A DNA stretch of 64,000 nt from a virus, in IMG/VR virus record IMGVR_UViG_3300035670_000018, positions 1 through 64,000 of that record; one strand, 5' to 3'. Positions within the stretch are counted from its first letter, which is position 1. Every line of letters starts with the position of its first letter. This document shows positions 38,068 to 48,159 of this stretch, one piece after another. The translations under genes and the position numbers were made by a program. The notes beneath the pieces were generated by a model. The model had not been told where the DNA came from, did not search any database, and saw nothing but the letters and a program-made list of their open reading frames with translations.

Positions 38068-38511
38068 ATGGATCAGAACAAGTTTATTAACACCTATATT
38101 GATATTGTCGTAGCTAATCTCGTAGAACAAATAAAGACTAATCTGCAACTACAGACACAAGTGAAAGTTCATGAGTTTGTAGTTGCAGATAAGGAACAAA
38201 TCATTGCATCTCTATCTCAACAATTGAACGAGAACAGAATAGCAGAAGACTGGAAAGTTAAGTATGAATCTGCTGAATCAAACTACAATGCAATACTCGG
38301 TAAACTCAAGCACATGGACACACTGTTAGCCCAAGTTAATGATATGAAGAATATCATCATTGAAAAAGACAGTCAGATTGCGGTCTTGAAGAGTGAAATA
38401 GAAGAATTGAAATTTCCTAAGAAAGTCATAAATACTAAAGTAAAGAAGAAAGAAGAATCTTTATTAGTTGTACAAGATAAACCAACAAAGAATCCTTTAG
38501 ATGACTTTTAA
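38068..38511 (+). CDS. Coiled-coil hypothetical protein (possible fibre chaperone)
   Basis: Heptad-rich charged sequence inside the fibre cluster. Confidence 0.65.
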   Translation: MDQNKFINTYIDIVVANLVEQIKTNLQLQTQVKVHEFVVADKEQIIASLSQQLNENRIAEDWKVKYESAESNYNAILGKLKHMDTLLAQVNDMKNIIIEKDSQIAVLKSEIEELKFPKKVINTKVKKKEESLLVVQDKPTKNPLDDF

Positions 38512-39344
38512 TGGCCAACACAGTAATTGCACTTAAAAAATCAGCTACACCATCGGCAGCACCAGCTGACCTAGCAAACGGCGAGTTGGCTATCAACTAT
38601 GCTGATGGTAAACTATATTACAAACATGCAAACGGTACGATTGCTGTTTTTTCTTCTGGTGGTGCAGGTGGAGATAGTTTTGGTACAGTTAATGCTGCTG
38701 GTACATTAATTGTTGCTGACACTGCTGGTGACATTCTTACACTTGAAGCAGGATCAGGTATCAGTATCACTGGTGATGCTATTAATGATAAGATTACAAT
38801 TGCCGCTACAGGTGGTTCAGGTTCTGTAACAACATCTGATACAGCACCAGGATCACCAAGTGACGGTGATTTATGGTGGGACTCATCTACAGGCAAACTT
38901 TATATATATTATGATGATGGTTCATCTTCACAGTGGGTTGAAGTTTCATCTCCTTCTTATTCAGCTACGACTCAATCTGCATCCAACACTACAATAGGTT
39001 ATGTCATTTCAGGCGGTGGTTCAACGATTACAACAGGAACCATTGGTCTTGGTCTTCGCGTATCTTATAGCTGTACTATAAAGTCTGTTACTCTTTTAGC
39101 CGATCAAACAGGATCAATCGTTATTGATATATGGAAAGATACGTATGCTAACTATCCTCCAACAAATGCTAATTCTATAACAGGATCTTCTCCTCCTACC
39201 ATAACAAGTTCTAATAAGTCTGAAGATACAACTTTATCTGGTTGGACAACTCAAATCAATGAGGGTGATATTTTGTTCTTCAATGTTGATAGTGTTACCG
39301 ATCTTCAGGAAGTATCGTTATTCTTAAAGGTAACAAAAACATGA
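38511..39344 (+). CDS. Fibre adaptor/branching protein
   Basis: IALKKS...L.NGELAINYADGKLYYK; SDTAP.SP.DGDLWWDS..GKLYIYY.DG...QWV; C-terminal beta domain. Confidence 0.65.
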   Translation: MANTVIALKKSATPSAAPADLANGELAINYADGKLYYKHANGTIAVFSSGGAGGDSFGTVNAAGTLIVADTAGDILTLEAGSGISITGDAINDKITIAATGGSGSVTTSDTAPGSPSDGDLWWDSSTGKLYIYYDDGSSSQWVEVSSPSYSATTQSASNTTIGYVISGGGSTITTGTIGLGLRVSYSCTIKSVTLLADQTGSIVIDIWKDTYANYPPTNANSITGSSPPTITSSNKSEDTTLSGWTTQINEGDILFFNVDSVTDLQEVSLFLKVTKT

Positions 39345-40291
39345 GTATTAATGTTCAAGTTTTTACAACAGGTTCTGGTAACTGGACAAAACCAGCTTGG
39401 GCTAATCTTGTCACTGTCATTACAGTCGGAGGTGGCGGAGGTGGCGGTGGTGGTGATGTTGTACCTTTTGGTGTAAATGCTACAGGTGGAGCAGGTGGCG
39501 GAGGTGCAGCAAGAAATGAAAGGATTTATCTTGCTTCTGATCTTGGTGCTACAGAACCATATACTGTAGGTGCTGGAGGAAATGGAGGAATAGCAGGAAT
39601 AGCAAATACTGGAGGCGGCACTGGTGGGCAAGGTGGCAATTCTACATTTGGTGGTAACGTATTAGTCAATATTCAAACAGGTTATGGTGGCGGTGGCGGT
39701 GGCGGTGGTTTTGGAGGAGCCACAATCACTTCTGCTGGTGGAGGTGGTGGAGGACTAGGTGGACCTGGTGGTAATGGAACAACAACCGTTGCCGGTACAG
39801 AGGGTTTTAATGGTGGCGCGGCTGGCGGTAGACCTACTCCTTCATCACAGAACAGTTTGGGAGGTGGTGGAGGCAGTGGATCAAGTACGTCAGTCGGTAG
39901 TCCATCCTCAGGCGCGAATGCTCTTAGTGGAGCAGGAGGTGGTGGATCAGGCTCTGATAAATCAACTACTACAGTACCTAGCGATGAGGGTGGAGGCGGT
40001 GGTTCAGAACTGGGTTTTGCAAGAGACACTAGAACTAGTAGTACCGTTCCTAGAAGCTTAAAAATTCCTGGTAGTAATGTTGACGGTTTAAACGGATTCA
40101 ACTCATTAATCTTGGGTTTTTGTGGAGGTGGTGGAGGTGGCGGTGCTGCGTCAAATACAACACCCGCAGGAAATGGTGGTAACGGTGGATTTCCTGGTGG
40201 AGGAGCGGGCGGTGGTGGTTCTACTTCAACAGGAACAGCAGGAAATGGTGGTAACGGTGGAGGCGGCATTGTTGTCGTAATCAGTGAATGA
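39341..40291 (+). CDS. Glycine-rich adhesin/tip protein
   Basis: FT.GSG.WTKP, multiple poly-Gly runs, ends GGGGIVVVISE. Confidence 0.65.
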   Translation: MSINVQVFTTGSGNWTKPAWANLVTVITVGGGGGGGGGDVVPFGVNATGGAGGGGAARNERIYLASDLGATEPYTVGAGGNGGIAGIANTGGGTGGQGGNSTFGGNVLVNIQTGYGGGGGGGGFGGATITSAGGGGGGLGGPGGNGTTTVAGTEGFNGGAAGGRPTPSSQNSLGGGGGSGSSTSVGSPSSGANALSGAGGGGSGSDKSTTTVPSDEGGGGGSELGFARDTRTSSTVPRSLKIPGSNVDGLNGFNSLILGFCGGGGGGGAASNTTPAGNGGNGGFPGGGAGGGGSTSTGTAGNGGNGGGGIVVVISE

Positions 40292-41292
40292 CAGAGAGTT
40301 CATCAGTAATAGTTACAAAACTAACAAGCGGTAATGGCACATTTTCAAAAAATCCCAATACACAAAAAGTAAGACTTGTGCTTATAGGTGCTGGAGGAAG
40401 CGGAGGCGGCGGCGGCAAAAGCGTTACTAATTCTGGCGCCGGTGGTGGTGGCGGTGGTGGCGGTGGTTTATTGGACATAACTCTTGAAGCATCACAGTTG
40501 AGTAATACAGAAAGTTATTCTGTGGCAGATTTTTCAATAGGTGGTTTAGGAGCAACAACAAATACCACTTCTGGTGTTGCTGGTGTTGCTGGTGGTAATA
40601 CAACCTTTACAATATCTGGTGGAACAATAACACTTACTGCATATGGCGGCGGAGGGGGTGGTGGAGGTGGTACAGCCTCAGCCGCTGGAGGTCGTGCTGG
40701 AGGTGGTGCAGGAACTTCAGAATTGGGTGGAACAGCAAATGCTACTTTGGCAGGCACAGGAGGTATTGCTGATGGCACAAATGGAGGAACGGTTGGAACA
40801 ACAGGCGTACACTGCAATACTTTTTTTGGTGCTGCTTCAGGAGGCGGTGGTGGTACAGGAACTGGTTCAGGTTCCAGAGGTGGCGATTCTGTTTTTGGTG
40901 CAAGCGGAGGCGGAGGCGGGGGTGGTCTTAACAATGGTGGAGATGGTGGAGCATGTCGTGACTTTCCGAGAGCATCAGGAGGAACAGCAAATGGAACAAG
41001 TATAACTATTCATGGTTCTAATGGAACATCAAGTTTTTCTGCTGCGCCAGGTTCAGGAGGAGGCGGAGGAGCTTTTTCTAATGGCTTTAACTCTTTAACG
41101 AAATCTGGTAATGGTGGACATGGTGGTATTCCAGGTGGAGGTGGTGGTGGAGGTGGCCGAGGACAAAATACAGCATTAACTGATGGTGGTGATGGCGGAA
41201 ACGGAGGACGTGGTGAAATTTGGGTTATTGAATATACCTCATTATCAGTAGGAAGTTCAGCCGGTACATTTGGATACGGAACAATCTTCTAG
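40288..41292 (+). CDS. Glycine-rich adhesin/tip protein (paralog of preceding gene)
   Basis: LIGAGGSGGGG, GG.PGGGGGGG, GGNGGRGEIWVIEY. Confidence 0.65.
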   Translation: MTESSSVIVTKLTSGNGTFSKNPNTQKVRLVLIGAGGSGGGGGKSVTNSGAGGGGGGGGGLLDITLEASQLSNTESYSVADFSIGGLGATTNTTSGVAGVAGGNTTFTISGGTITLTAYGGGGGGGGGTASAAGGRAGGGAGTSELGGTANATLAGTGGIADGTNGGTVGTTGVHCNTFFGAASGGGGGTGTGSGSRGGDSVFGASGGGGGGGLNNGGDGGACRDFPRASGGTANGTSITIHGSNGTSSFSAAPGSGGGGGAFSNGFNSLTKSGNGGHGGIPGGGGGGGGRGQNTALTDGGDGGNGGRGEIWVIEYTSLSVGSSAGTFGYGTIF

Positions 41293-41325
41293 TAATCATA
41301 AATAACATAAAACAGTAAAGTAAAA

Positions 41326-42633
41326 ATGGCAATTAATTTTCCAAATACACCTATAGATCAAGAAACATACACAGAGAATGGAATAACATACATCTATTCT
41401 TCTGCTAAAGGTGTATGGAATATTGTTCAACAGACAGTAGCTATTGTATCTGCAAATACCCAAAACAATCAGATACTTTTCAAGAGTAACAGTGAAATAT
41501 CTGGTTCAAATGGTATGATTTATTTGCCAGAATCAAATACAGTATCTGTAAATAATGTTGATGTTACTTTAAACGTTACAGCACAATATTTTTATGGTAA
41601 TGGTGCTTTTCTCCAAGGTATTAGTGGTGATTTAGGTCCTGCTTTTGGTCAAGCAAACACCGCAAGAACACACGCTAATACCGCACATCTAACAGCTAAT
41701 GCTGCTTTTGATAAAGCAAACTCTGCACTACCAAATACATCTGGTATATCGTTTAATGGAAGTCTTAATTTTCCATCAGGCAATGTTAATATTGGTACTG
41801 ATTCTCCATTAACATTGTTTCAAGTTTCTACTGGTTATGATGCTGCTGCTGCTGGTAAATATCCATCTATTGTATCAAGAGGTGGATATGGCGGTGGTAT
41901 CGGTTTCTACGATTCTCCTGTAATGTCTGGTATCTATGCAAAAGATACAGGAAGTAAGCTTGTATTCTTCGTAGGACAAACAGCATCAGATAGTGCAACA
42001 TCTAAAGAAAAAATGTTTATTGATACCAACGGTAATGTTGTTATCGGTCGCACAGATTCTACAGTAGGTCAAGATGTTAAACTAGATGTTGCTGGTGCAA
42101 TCAACGCTTCTGCTGTATTAGTCAATGGCACGCCTCTTACATCTGGAACTGGTGGTGGTTCTCTCAATGTTGCAACTGATGTAGTCAATGCTACTCGTTA
42201 TTTGATGTTTGCTAACGGTGTCTCAGGTTCTGTTCCAACACTCAATGTAGCAACTGGTTTGACATTCAATCCATCTTCAAATACGCTAGACATTAATGGT
42301 CCAATCAACGCTATAACCAAGTCGTTCGTAATCAATCACCCAACCAAACCAGATATGAAGCTACGTTATGGTTCGTTGGAAGGTCCTGAGAATGGTGTGT
42401 ATGTGCGTGGTCGTTTGTATGGACAGAGCATCATTGAATTGCCTGAATACTGGTGGAATTTGATTGATGAAGAAACAATCACAGTCAATCTGACACCAAT
42501 AGGATATAGTCAAGACCTCTGGGTACAGTCAACGTCTTCTCATTTCATTCATCTCAATCAACCGGCAGAGTGCTTCTTCACAGTCTTTGCTGAACGTAAG
42601 GACGTTGATAAGTTAGTTGTGGAGTATTGGTGA
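41326..42633 (+). CDS. Tail fibre protein/adaptor
   Basis: MAINFPNTP N-terminus; C-terminal KSFVINHPTK....LRYGSLEGPENGVYVRG...ERKDVDKLVVEY domain. Confidence 0.7.
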   Translation: MAINFPNTPIDQETYTENGITYIYSSAKGVWNIVQQTVAIVSANTQNNQILFKSNSEISGSNGMIYLPESNTVSVNNVDVTLNVTAQYFYGNGAFLQGISGDLGPAFGQANTARTHANTAHLTANAAFDKANSALPNTSGISFNGSLNFPSGNVNIGTDSPLTLFQVSTGYDAAAAGKYPSIVSRGGYGGGIGFYDSPVMSGIYAKDTGSKLVFFVGQTASDSATSKEKMFIDTNGNVVIGRTDSTVGQDVKLDVAGAINASAVLVNGTPLTSGTGGGSLNVATDVVNATRYLMFANGVSGSVPTLNVATGLTFNPSSNTLDINGPINAITKSFVINHPTKPDMKLRYGSLEGPENGVYVRGRLYGQSIIELPEYWWNLIDEETITVNLTPIGYSQDLWVQSTSSHFIHLNQPAECFFTVFAERKDVDKLVVEYW

Positions 42634-43343
42634 TGGGTGTTAGATACAATACATATTTTGATATGACCGGTCTTGAGTTTTATTATGATGCAACTAATAC
42701 TAAATTGTATTCAGGATCTGGAACATCTCTAATTGATCTTGCAGGAAAGAACAACGGAACACTCGTCAATGCTCCTACATACACATCAGGTAATGGTGGA
42801 TATTTCACTTTTAATGGAACAAATCAAGAGATAACAACAACAACAAATTACACAGGAACAGGTATTAACAGTGGCCCACTAACTTATGTTTGTTGGTTTA
42901 GAACAAGCACATCATCTGGTAAGAAGATTATAGGATTTCAAAACACCCAAACAGGCACAAGTGGTACAAATTTTGATAAACATGTCTATGTGGGCACAAA
43001 TGGCCACTTATATCTTGGCATTTGGAATAGCGGCGGCGAAGCTATATCCTCAGGATTCAGCGTTGCAAATGGTATTTGGCGGTCTTTTGTTGCTGTTATC
43101 AATGATGGTGGAACAAGCAGTTTGTATGTTGATGGTATATTAAGAAATTCTTTTGCAAAAACTTCTGCTGATACTGAAGCATTCGTCCGTATATGTGGTT
43201 ATAGATTAGGAACAAATTGGACAAATGGAACAGATGGATACTATACAGGAGATATCGCAACAATTGGAATGTTTAGAAGAGCGTTCAAGCAAGTAGATGT
43301 TACAGCATTTCATGAAACATTTCGTGGAAGGTTTGGTATCTGA
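42633..43343 (+). CDS. Concanavalin A/LamG-like lectin domain protein
   Basis: YSGSGT...DL...NNGTLVN.PT, FNGTN, W......, LYVDG, C-terminal RGRFGI. Confidence 0.75.
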   Translation: MGVRYNTYFDMTGLEFYYDATNTKLYSGSGTSLIDLAGKNNGTLVNAPTYTSGNGGYFTFNGTNQEITTTTNYTGTGINSGPLTYVCWFRTSTSSGKKIIGFQNTQTGTSGTNFDKHVYVGTNGHLYLGIWNSGGEAISSGFSVANGIWRSFVAVINDGGTSSLYVDGILRNSFAKTSADTEAFVRICGYRLGTNWTNGTDGYYTGDIATIGMFRRAFKQVDVTAFHETFRGRFGI

Positions 43344-44050
43344 TGGGTCTTGCTCATTCTCCTCGCATAGTTACTGATGGAATGGTATTGTGTCTAGATG
43401 CGGGCAATTCCAAGTCGTATCCTGGCAGCGGTACGACATGGACTGATTTGAGCGGAAATGGTAATAATGGCACATTGATAAGTGGTCCAACATTCAATAG
43501 CGATAATGGTGGTAGTATAGTTTTAGATGGATCAAATGATTATGTATCTCACACAACTTCGGATGGAGATTCACTTGATCTTACTACAGAAGGAACTTGG
43601 GGTTGCTGGTTCAATGGCACAAGTATTGCTGTAGGAAGTATATCATCAAGTGCTGATTATCTGATTTCAAAAAATACAAACGGCGGATCTTTAGATCAGC
43701 AATTTTCTATTGCTATATCAACTACAGAATTTGTAGTTGCATTTCACGAAACATTCAGTAATGATGGCAGATACAATTTTTCCAATGGTATTTGGTACAA
43801 CATGGTAGGAAGCTACGATAGTTCAACTATCAAAGCTTATGTAAATGGTGTTCAAGTTTTTGAACAATCAGCAGTTGGATTGAACGCTACACACAAAGCA
43901 AATTTTGCATTGGGTAGAAGAGCAGATGGTGGTTCAGGAACTTTTTATTTCAACGGTAAAATAGCACAAGCATCTGTGTATAATAGAGCATTGAGTGCAG
44001 CAGAAATCCAACAAAACTTCAATGCTCATAGAGGAAGATTTGGAATCTAA
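43343..44050 (+). CDS. Concanavalin A/LamG-like lectin domain protein
   Basis: IVTDG.VL.LDAGN.KSYPGSGTTW.DLSGNGN.GTL, YVNG, YNRALSA.EI.QNF...RGRFGI. Confidence 0.85.
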   Translation: MGLAHSPRIVTDGMVLCLDAGNSKSYPGSGTTWTDLSGNGNNGTLISGPTFNSDNGGSIVLDGSNDYVSHTTSDGDSLDLTTEGTWGCWFNGTSIAVGSISSSADYLISKNTNGGSLDQQFSIAISTTEFVVAFHETFSNDGRYNFSNGIWYNMVGSYDSSTIKAYVNGVQVFEQSAVGLNATHKANFALGRRADGGSGTFYFNGKIAQASVYNRALSAAEIQQNFNAHRGRFGI

Positions 44051-44058
44051 ATAGTACC

Positions 44059-44436
44059 ATGGCAAACACATATAAAAACATAGTTATTACACCTAATAGA
44101 GATACAGATGCGGCCGATGTTCCGTTCATTCGGTTCTCAGGTGGTGATGCTACAACAAACACAGATATCAACGTTAGAGTTTACACAACTCAGAGTGGAA
44201 CATTGTCTTTTGAAGGTTCTGCTGGTCAGTTGTTCTCTATCACAAACGATTTGACCAACTCTATATTCTCAGTCAATGACGTTTCAGGTATTCCATCTAT
44301 TGAAGTATTAGCAAACGGTGCGATTTATCTAGCGCCATATGGTGGCAATGTATATGTAAAAGGTGTTGAGATAGAATCTGGTTCATCAGGCATAACAACA
44401 GGTAAAGCCATCGCAATGGCAATCGTATTTGGATAA
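44059..44436 (+). CDS. Small fibre adaptor protein
   Basis: LSFEGSAGQLFSITN.L...IFSVNDVSGIPSIEV; ends TTGKAIAMAIVFG. Confidence 0.65.
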   Translation: MANTYKNIVITPNRDTDAADVPFIRFSGGDATTNTDINVRVYTTQSGTLSFEGSAGQLFSITNDLTNSIFSVNDVSGIPSIEVLANGAIYLAPYGGNVYVKGVEIESGSSGITTGKAIAMAIVFG

Positions 44437-44445
44437 GAGGAAAAT

Positions 44446-44805
44446 ATGGCACAACCAAACATAGTGAATGTAGGAACCATTCGTGGCAATACTGCGGTAC
44501 AGAATGTATCAACAGTTGCAACAGCAATCGTTACTAACAATGCTGCAAGTAATAAAGTATATAAAATTAATACATTATTGATTTCCAACATTGACGGTAC
44601 AAATCCCGCAGACATTACTGCCGAACTTGTAAGAGGTGGAGCACCATATGATCTTGCTGCCACAATTACTGTACCTGCTGATGCTTCTTTGGTCATAATA
44701 TCAAAAGATACATCAATATACCTTGAAGAAGGTGATAGTATCAGACTGCAAGCAAGTGCTAACGGAGATTTGCAAGCAATTTGCTCTTATGAAGAGATTA
44801 GTTGA
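44446..44805 (+). CDS. Small virion structural protein
   Basis: MAQPNIVNV.TI.G, SNIDGTN, TVPADASL, IYLEEGDSI, SYEEIS. Confidence 0.7.
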   Translation: MAQPNIVNVGTIRGNTAVQNVSTVATAIVTNNAASNKVYKINTLLISNIDGTNPADITAELVRGGAPYDLAATITVPADASLVIISKDTSIYLEEGDSIRLQASANGDLQAICSYEEIS

Positions 44806-45563
44806 TGAAAAACAGTTTGCGTATGAATGGCAGTTTTATTGGCAAAAACAGATTTTTTGCCAATAACTTTGTTGATTCCAATACTTCTTCGGGCATTTGG
44901 AATATAAATGCGATTTATGAAAATCCTTATGTTGAAACAATTATACCATTTTCTTTTAATAGTGAAACGCCAGCATTTGAAGTTAACACAAGAGATGTAT
45001 CATCAATTACAATTCCTGCTGGGGCTTCGGCAGGTCAACTAGCAATACTATTTTGTTCTATAGATGATCCTGCCTCAAGATCGCTGACTTCTAATTGGAA
45101 TGTTATAATCAATGATGTAAATACAACAGGTGTTAATAACTCCGATGTAACGGTGGCATGGAAAATTTTGACTGCATCCGATCCCGGATCATCATTGACA
45201 TGTTATGGTGCTACCAATTCAACATGGTATCTTGCTGTTTTTGATTCTAATTTGAGCAATGTTACCGTTGCTGGATTACAGCAACAGGTTACAACAGGAA
45301 CAGCATCAAATCAGACTATTGCTGCTTCAACAGGAAATGCACCTCTGCTTGTTGTTGCTTTTAAGGTCGCTTCGCAAGATACAGCAGCAACAATATCTGG
45401 AATGACTGGATATACTGCTTTGAGTGGATCACAATCTACGAGTGAACCGGCACAACGTGTTAGGTTTAAGTATTATGCGTCATCACCATCAAATGAAACT
45501 ATCACAACTGTAGATGATGGGTTTGGACAATTATTTGCTTCCTGGTATATGGAATTAAGTTGA
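44805..45563 (+). CDS. Putative receptor-binding tip protein
   Basis: N-terminal NG.FIGK...SGIWNI motif; Ser/Thr-rich beta domain. Confidence 0.55.
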   Translation: MKNSLRMNGSFIGKNRFFANNFVDSNTSSGIWNINAIYENPYVETIIPFSFNSETPAFEVNTRDVSSITIPAGASAGQLAILFCSIDDPASRSLTSNWNVIINDVNTTGVNNSDVTVAWKILTASDPGSSLTCYGATNSTWYLAVFDSNLSNVTVAGLQQQVTTGTASNQTIAASTGNAPLLVVAFKVASQDTAATISGMTGYTALSGSQSTSEPAQRVRFKYYASSPSNETITTVDDGFGQLFASWYMELS

Positions 45564-46495
45564 TGAGTAGAGGAAATTTAATAGGTAAAACAAATAGACC
45601 AAGTGCATTTACAGCCAATGGAGTATGGAATTTAATTGAGCAAAATAATGCAAGACTCATCAATTCATGGCCAACTGCCGATTTGTTATCTGGAGGAATT
45701 ATAACTGAAACTGGTGGTTATAGATATCACACTTTCAATTCTTCAGATACGTTAGTTGTAAATGTTGCTTCTGCAAACGTTGAATATCTCATTGTCGCAG
45801 GTGGAGGTGGAGGTGGTATAGCAACTTTTTCCACTTTAGATAGAGCAGGAGGTGGCGGCGGCGGTGGTGGATATAAAACAGGTTCCATAACATTAACAAA
45901 AAATACATACAGCATAATTGTTGGTAATGGTGGTTCTGGTGCACTTTTTACCACTGGTGACGGTAGTGATGACCCAGATGTGAGAAAGGGAAACAATTCT
46001 TCTGCTTTTGGTATAACTGCTACTGGAGGAGGTGGTGGCGGCGCAGGTGGTGGCGGCGCAGGTGGTTCCGGTGGTTCCGGTGGTGGTTCAGGAAGAAACA
46101 ATTCTACTGTAGCAAGTGGTATAAGTGGTGAGGGTAACAATGGTGGTGCTGGTGCAACCGGAGGAACAACAGGAATATACGGTGCTGGTGGTGGTGGTGG
46201 AGCCAATGCATCCGGTTCGGCAGGCACAACATCTGTTGGTGGCAATGGTGGAGCAGGTATAACAACATTCTTGACTACACACTCCGGCGGTGGCGGTGGA
46301 GCAAGACCTGATGGTTCACCAGGAACAGGTGGAACAGGAGGTGGTGGTAATGGAGCTTCTGGTACCAATGCAGGTGTTTCAGGCACACCAAATACCGGCG
46401 GTGGTGGCGGTGGTGGATCTCAGACACCTAGTACAGGTCCAAGAAATGGTGGTAATGGAGGCTCGGGAGTAGTGGTAGTAAGATATCCTATTTGA
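45563..46495 (+). CDS. Glycine-rich adhesin/tip protein
   Basis: GYRYHTF.SS, EYLIVAGGGGGG, NTGGGGGG, GG.GGSGVVVVRY. Confidence 0.7.
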   Translation: MSRGNLIGKTNRPSAFTANGVWNLIEQNNARLINSWPTADLLSGGIITETGGYRYHTFNSSDTLVVNVASANVEYLIVAGGGGGGIATFSTLDRAGGGGGGGGYKTGSITLTKNTYSIIVGNGGSGALFTTGDGSDDPDVRKGNNSSAFGITATGGGGGGAGGGGAGGSGGSGGGSGRNNSTVASGISGEGNNGGAGATGGTTGIYGAGGGGGANASGSAGTTSVGGNGGAGITTFLTTHSGGGGGARPDGSPGTGGTGGGGNGASGTNAGVSGTPNTGGGGGGGSQTPSTGPRNGGNGGSGVVVVRYPI

Positions 46496-46539
46496 TAGTA
46501 TATTTTAGAAAAGAAACAAAAATAAATTAGGAAAATGAA

Positions 46540-47154
46540 ATGACACTGTATTCATATCAGAGGCAATATCCAAAAGCAATACCATTCAGAATTAATCTTT
46601 CTGACGGTAGAACAAGAACCGATTCAAGCACATTTACAGCAGAAGAAATAGCTGATGCCGGATATACCGCCGTTGATGATATGCCCACTGTTTCACAGAA
46701 TCAGATTGTTGCTTGGGATTCAACAAATATAAATTGGATTGTTCGTGATAAAACACAAGAAGAACTTGATGAAGAACTCAAGTTAAAAAACAAACAATTG
46801 ATAGAAGAAATAACTGAATATAGGAATCATTTGATATCTGATGGTTTTGAATTCAATGGTGTTGTTTATGATAGCAGACCGGAAGATCAAAAGCGAATAT
46901 CAGGTGCTTCTCTTCTTGCTTTCATGGCAATATCGCAAGGAGCGCAAGCTGGTGATTATCTGTGGCATGGCGGAAACGATCCATTTGTTTGGATAGCACA
47001 AGACAATTCAGTAAATCCTATGGACGCTTTTACCGTTATTGAATTTGGCAAAGCAGCAGCATTTCATGAAAGTTCACACATCTTTGCCGCTAGACAACTG
47101 AAAGATATGAATCCTATACCTGATAACTATACAGACCCGATGTATTGGCCATGA
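46540..47154 (+). CDS. Fibre assembly chaperone-like protein (DUF4376-like C-terminus)
   Basis: PFRI.LSDGRTRTD.STFT.EEI.DAGY; GFEFNG..YDS, WIAQDN. Confidence 0.6.
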   Translation: MTLYSYQRQYPKAIPFRINLSDGRTRTDSSTFTAEEIADAGYTAVDDMPTVSQNQIVAWDSTNINWIVRDKTQEELDEELKLKNKQLIEEITEYRNHLISDGFEFNGVVYDSRPEDQKRISGASLLAFMAISQGAQAGDYLWHGGNDPFVWIAQDNSVNPMDAFTVIEFGKAAAFHESSHIFAARQLKDMNPIPDNYTDPMYWP

Positions 47155-47351
47155 AATATCTTTGGAACATACTTATATCTGTAGATCAGCTTGGTAATAC
47201 TCTTTTGGGTGGTGATCCAGATGAAACAATATCTTCCAGATGTGCTAAAATACTAAGCACATGTATTTTATGCAGATGGTTTTGTTGGATAGCTGACAAG
47301 ATAGATCCAAATCACTGTGAAAAATCTATTGAGCATGACGAAGGTACATAA
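47151..47351 (+). CDS. Small phage protein
   Basis: YLWNILISVDQLGNTLLGGDPDETISSR...C......D.NHC..SIE. Confidence 0.7.
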   Translation: MKYLWNILISVDQLGNTLLGGDPDETISSRCAKILSTCILCRWFCWIADKIDPNHCEKSIEHDEGT

Positions 47352-47373
47352 ATACTCTAAAAAGGGGTATTGA

Positions 47374-48114
47374 ATGTCAGTTCCAGCATCCAGAGAACAG
47401 CTAAAAGATTGGTGTTTGCGTCAGCTAGGCCATCCAGTTATTGAAATCAATGTTGATGATGATCAAGTTGAAGATCGCATTGACGAAGCATTTCAGTACA
47501 TTCAGCAATTTCACTTTGATGGTGTAGAACGCTGGTATCTCAAGCATCAGTTTACACAAGAAAACATTACTAATGGTTGGATTCCTATCACAGATAACAT
47601 CATAGGTGTTACTAGAATATTTCCTATCTCATCTTCAAACGCAACTATAAACATGTTTGACCTTCGTTATCAGTTGCGTCTTCATGAATTGTATGACTTT
47701 ACTTCAACGTCATATGTAAATTATGTTTTAACAATGCAGCACATTCGCACACTAGATTTGCTGTTTTCAGGTGAAACACCAGTTCGTTTCAATCGTCATA
47801 CAGACAGACTTTATATTGACATGAATTGGGGAATGATTAGTGCTGGTGAATGGGCAGTTATTGAAGGTTGGGTTATTATTGATCCAGACACATATCCTAA
47901 AATCTATAATGACCGTATGCTCAAAAAACTTTCTACAGCATACATTAAGCGTCAGTGGGGCAACAATCTCAAGAAATATCAGGGTATGCAATTGCCTGGT
48001 GGTATCATGATGAATGGTCAACAAATCTATGATGAAGCTGTGCAAGAAATAGCAGAACTAGAGCAGCTAATACGTGACACATTTGAAGAACCACCACAGT
48101 TTTGTTTAGGCTAA
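47374..48114 (+). CDS. 13: Neck protein gp13
   Basis: LKDWCLR.LG.PVIEINVDDDQVEDRIDEA, K.QWG.NL.K..G.QLPGG..MNG. Confidence 0.95.
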   Translation: MSVPASREQLKDWCLRQLGHPVIEINVDDDQVEDRIDEAFQYIQQFHFDGVERWYLKHQFTQENITNGWIPITDNIIGVTRIFPISSSNATINMFDLRYQLRLHELYDFTSTSYVNYVLTMQHIRTLDLLFSGETPVRFNRHTDRLYIDMNWGMISAGEWAVIEGWVIIDPDTYPKIYNDRMLKKLSTAYIKRQWGNNLKKYQGMQLPGGIMMNGQQIYDEAVQEIAELEQLIRDTFEEPPQFCLG

Positions 48115-48159
48115 GACACTCGGTTTACTATATACTCTTGTAACAACAGGAGTAATAAT

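Noticed and set aside
39682-46386. Long Pro-rich minus-strand ORFs (39682-40269, 40515-40934, 45727-46386; also 35085-35483)
   Set aside because: Shadow frames of GGN-rich glycine-rich genes on the + strand
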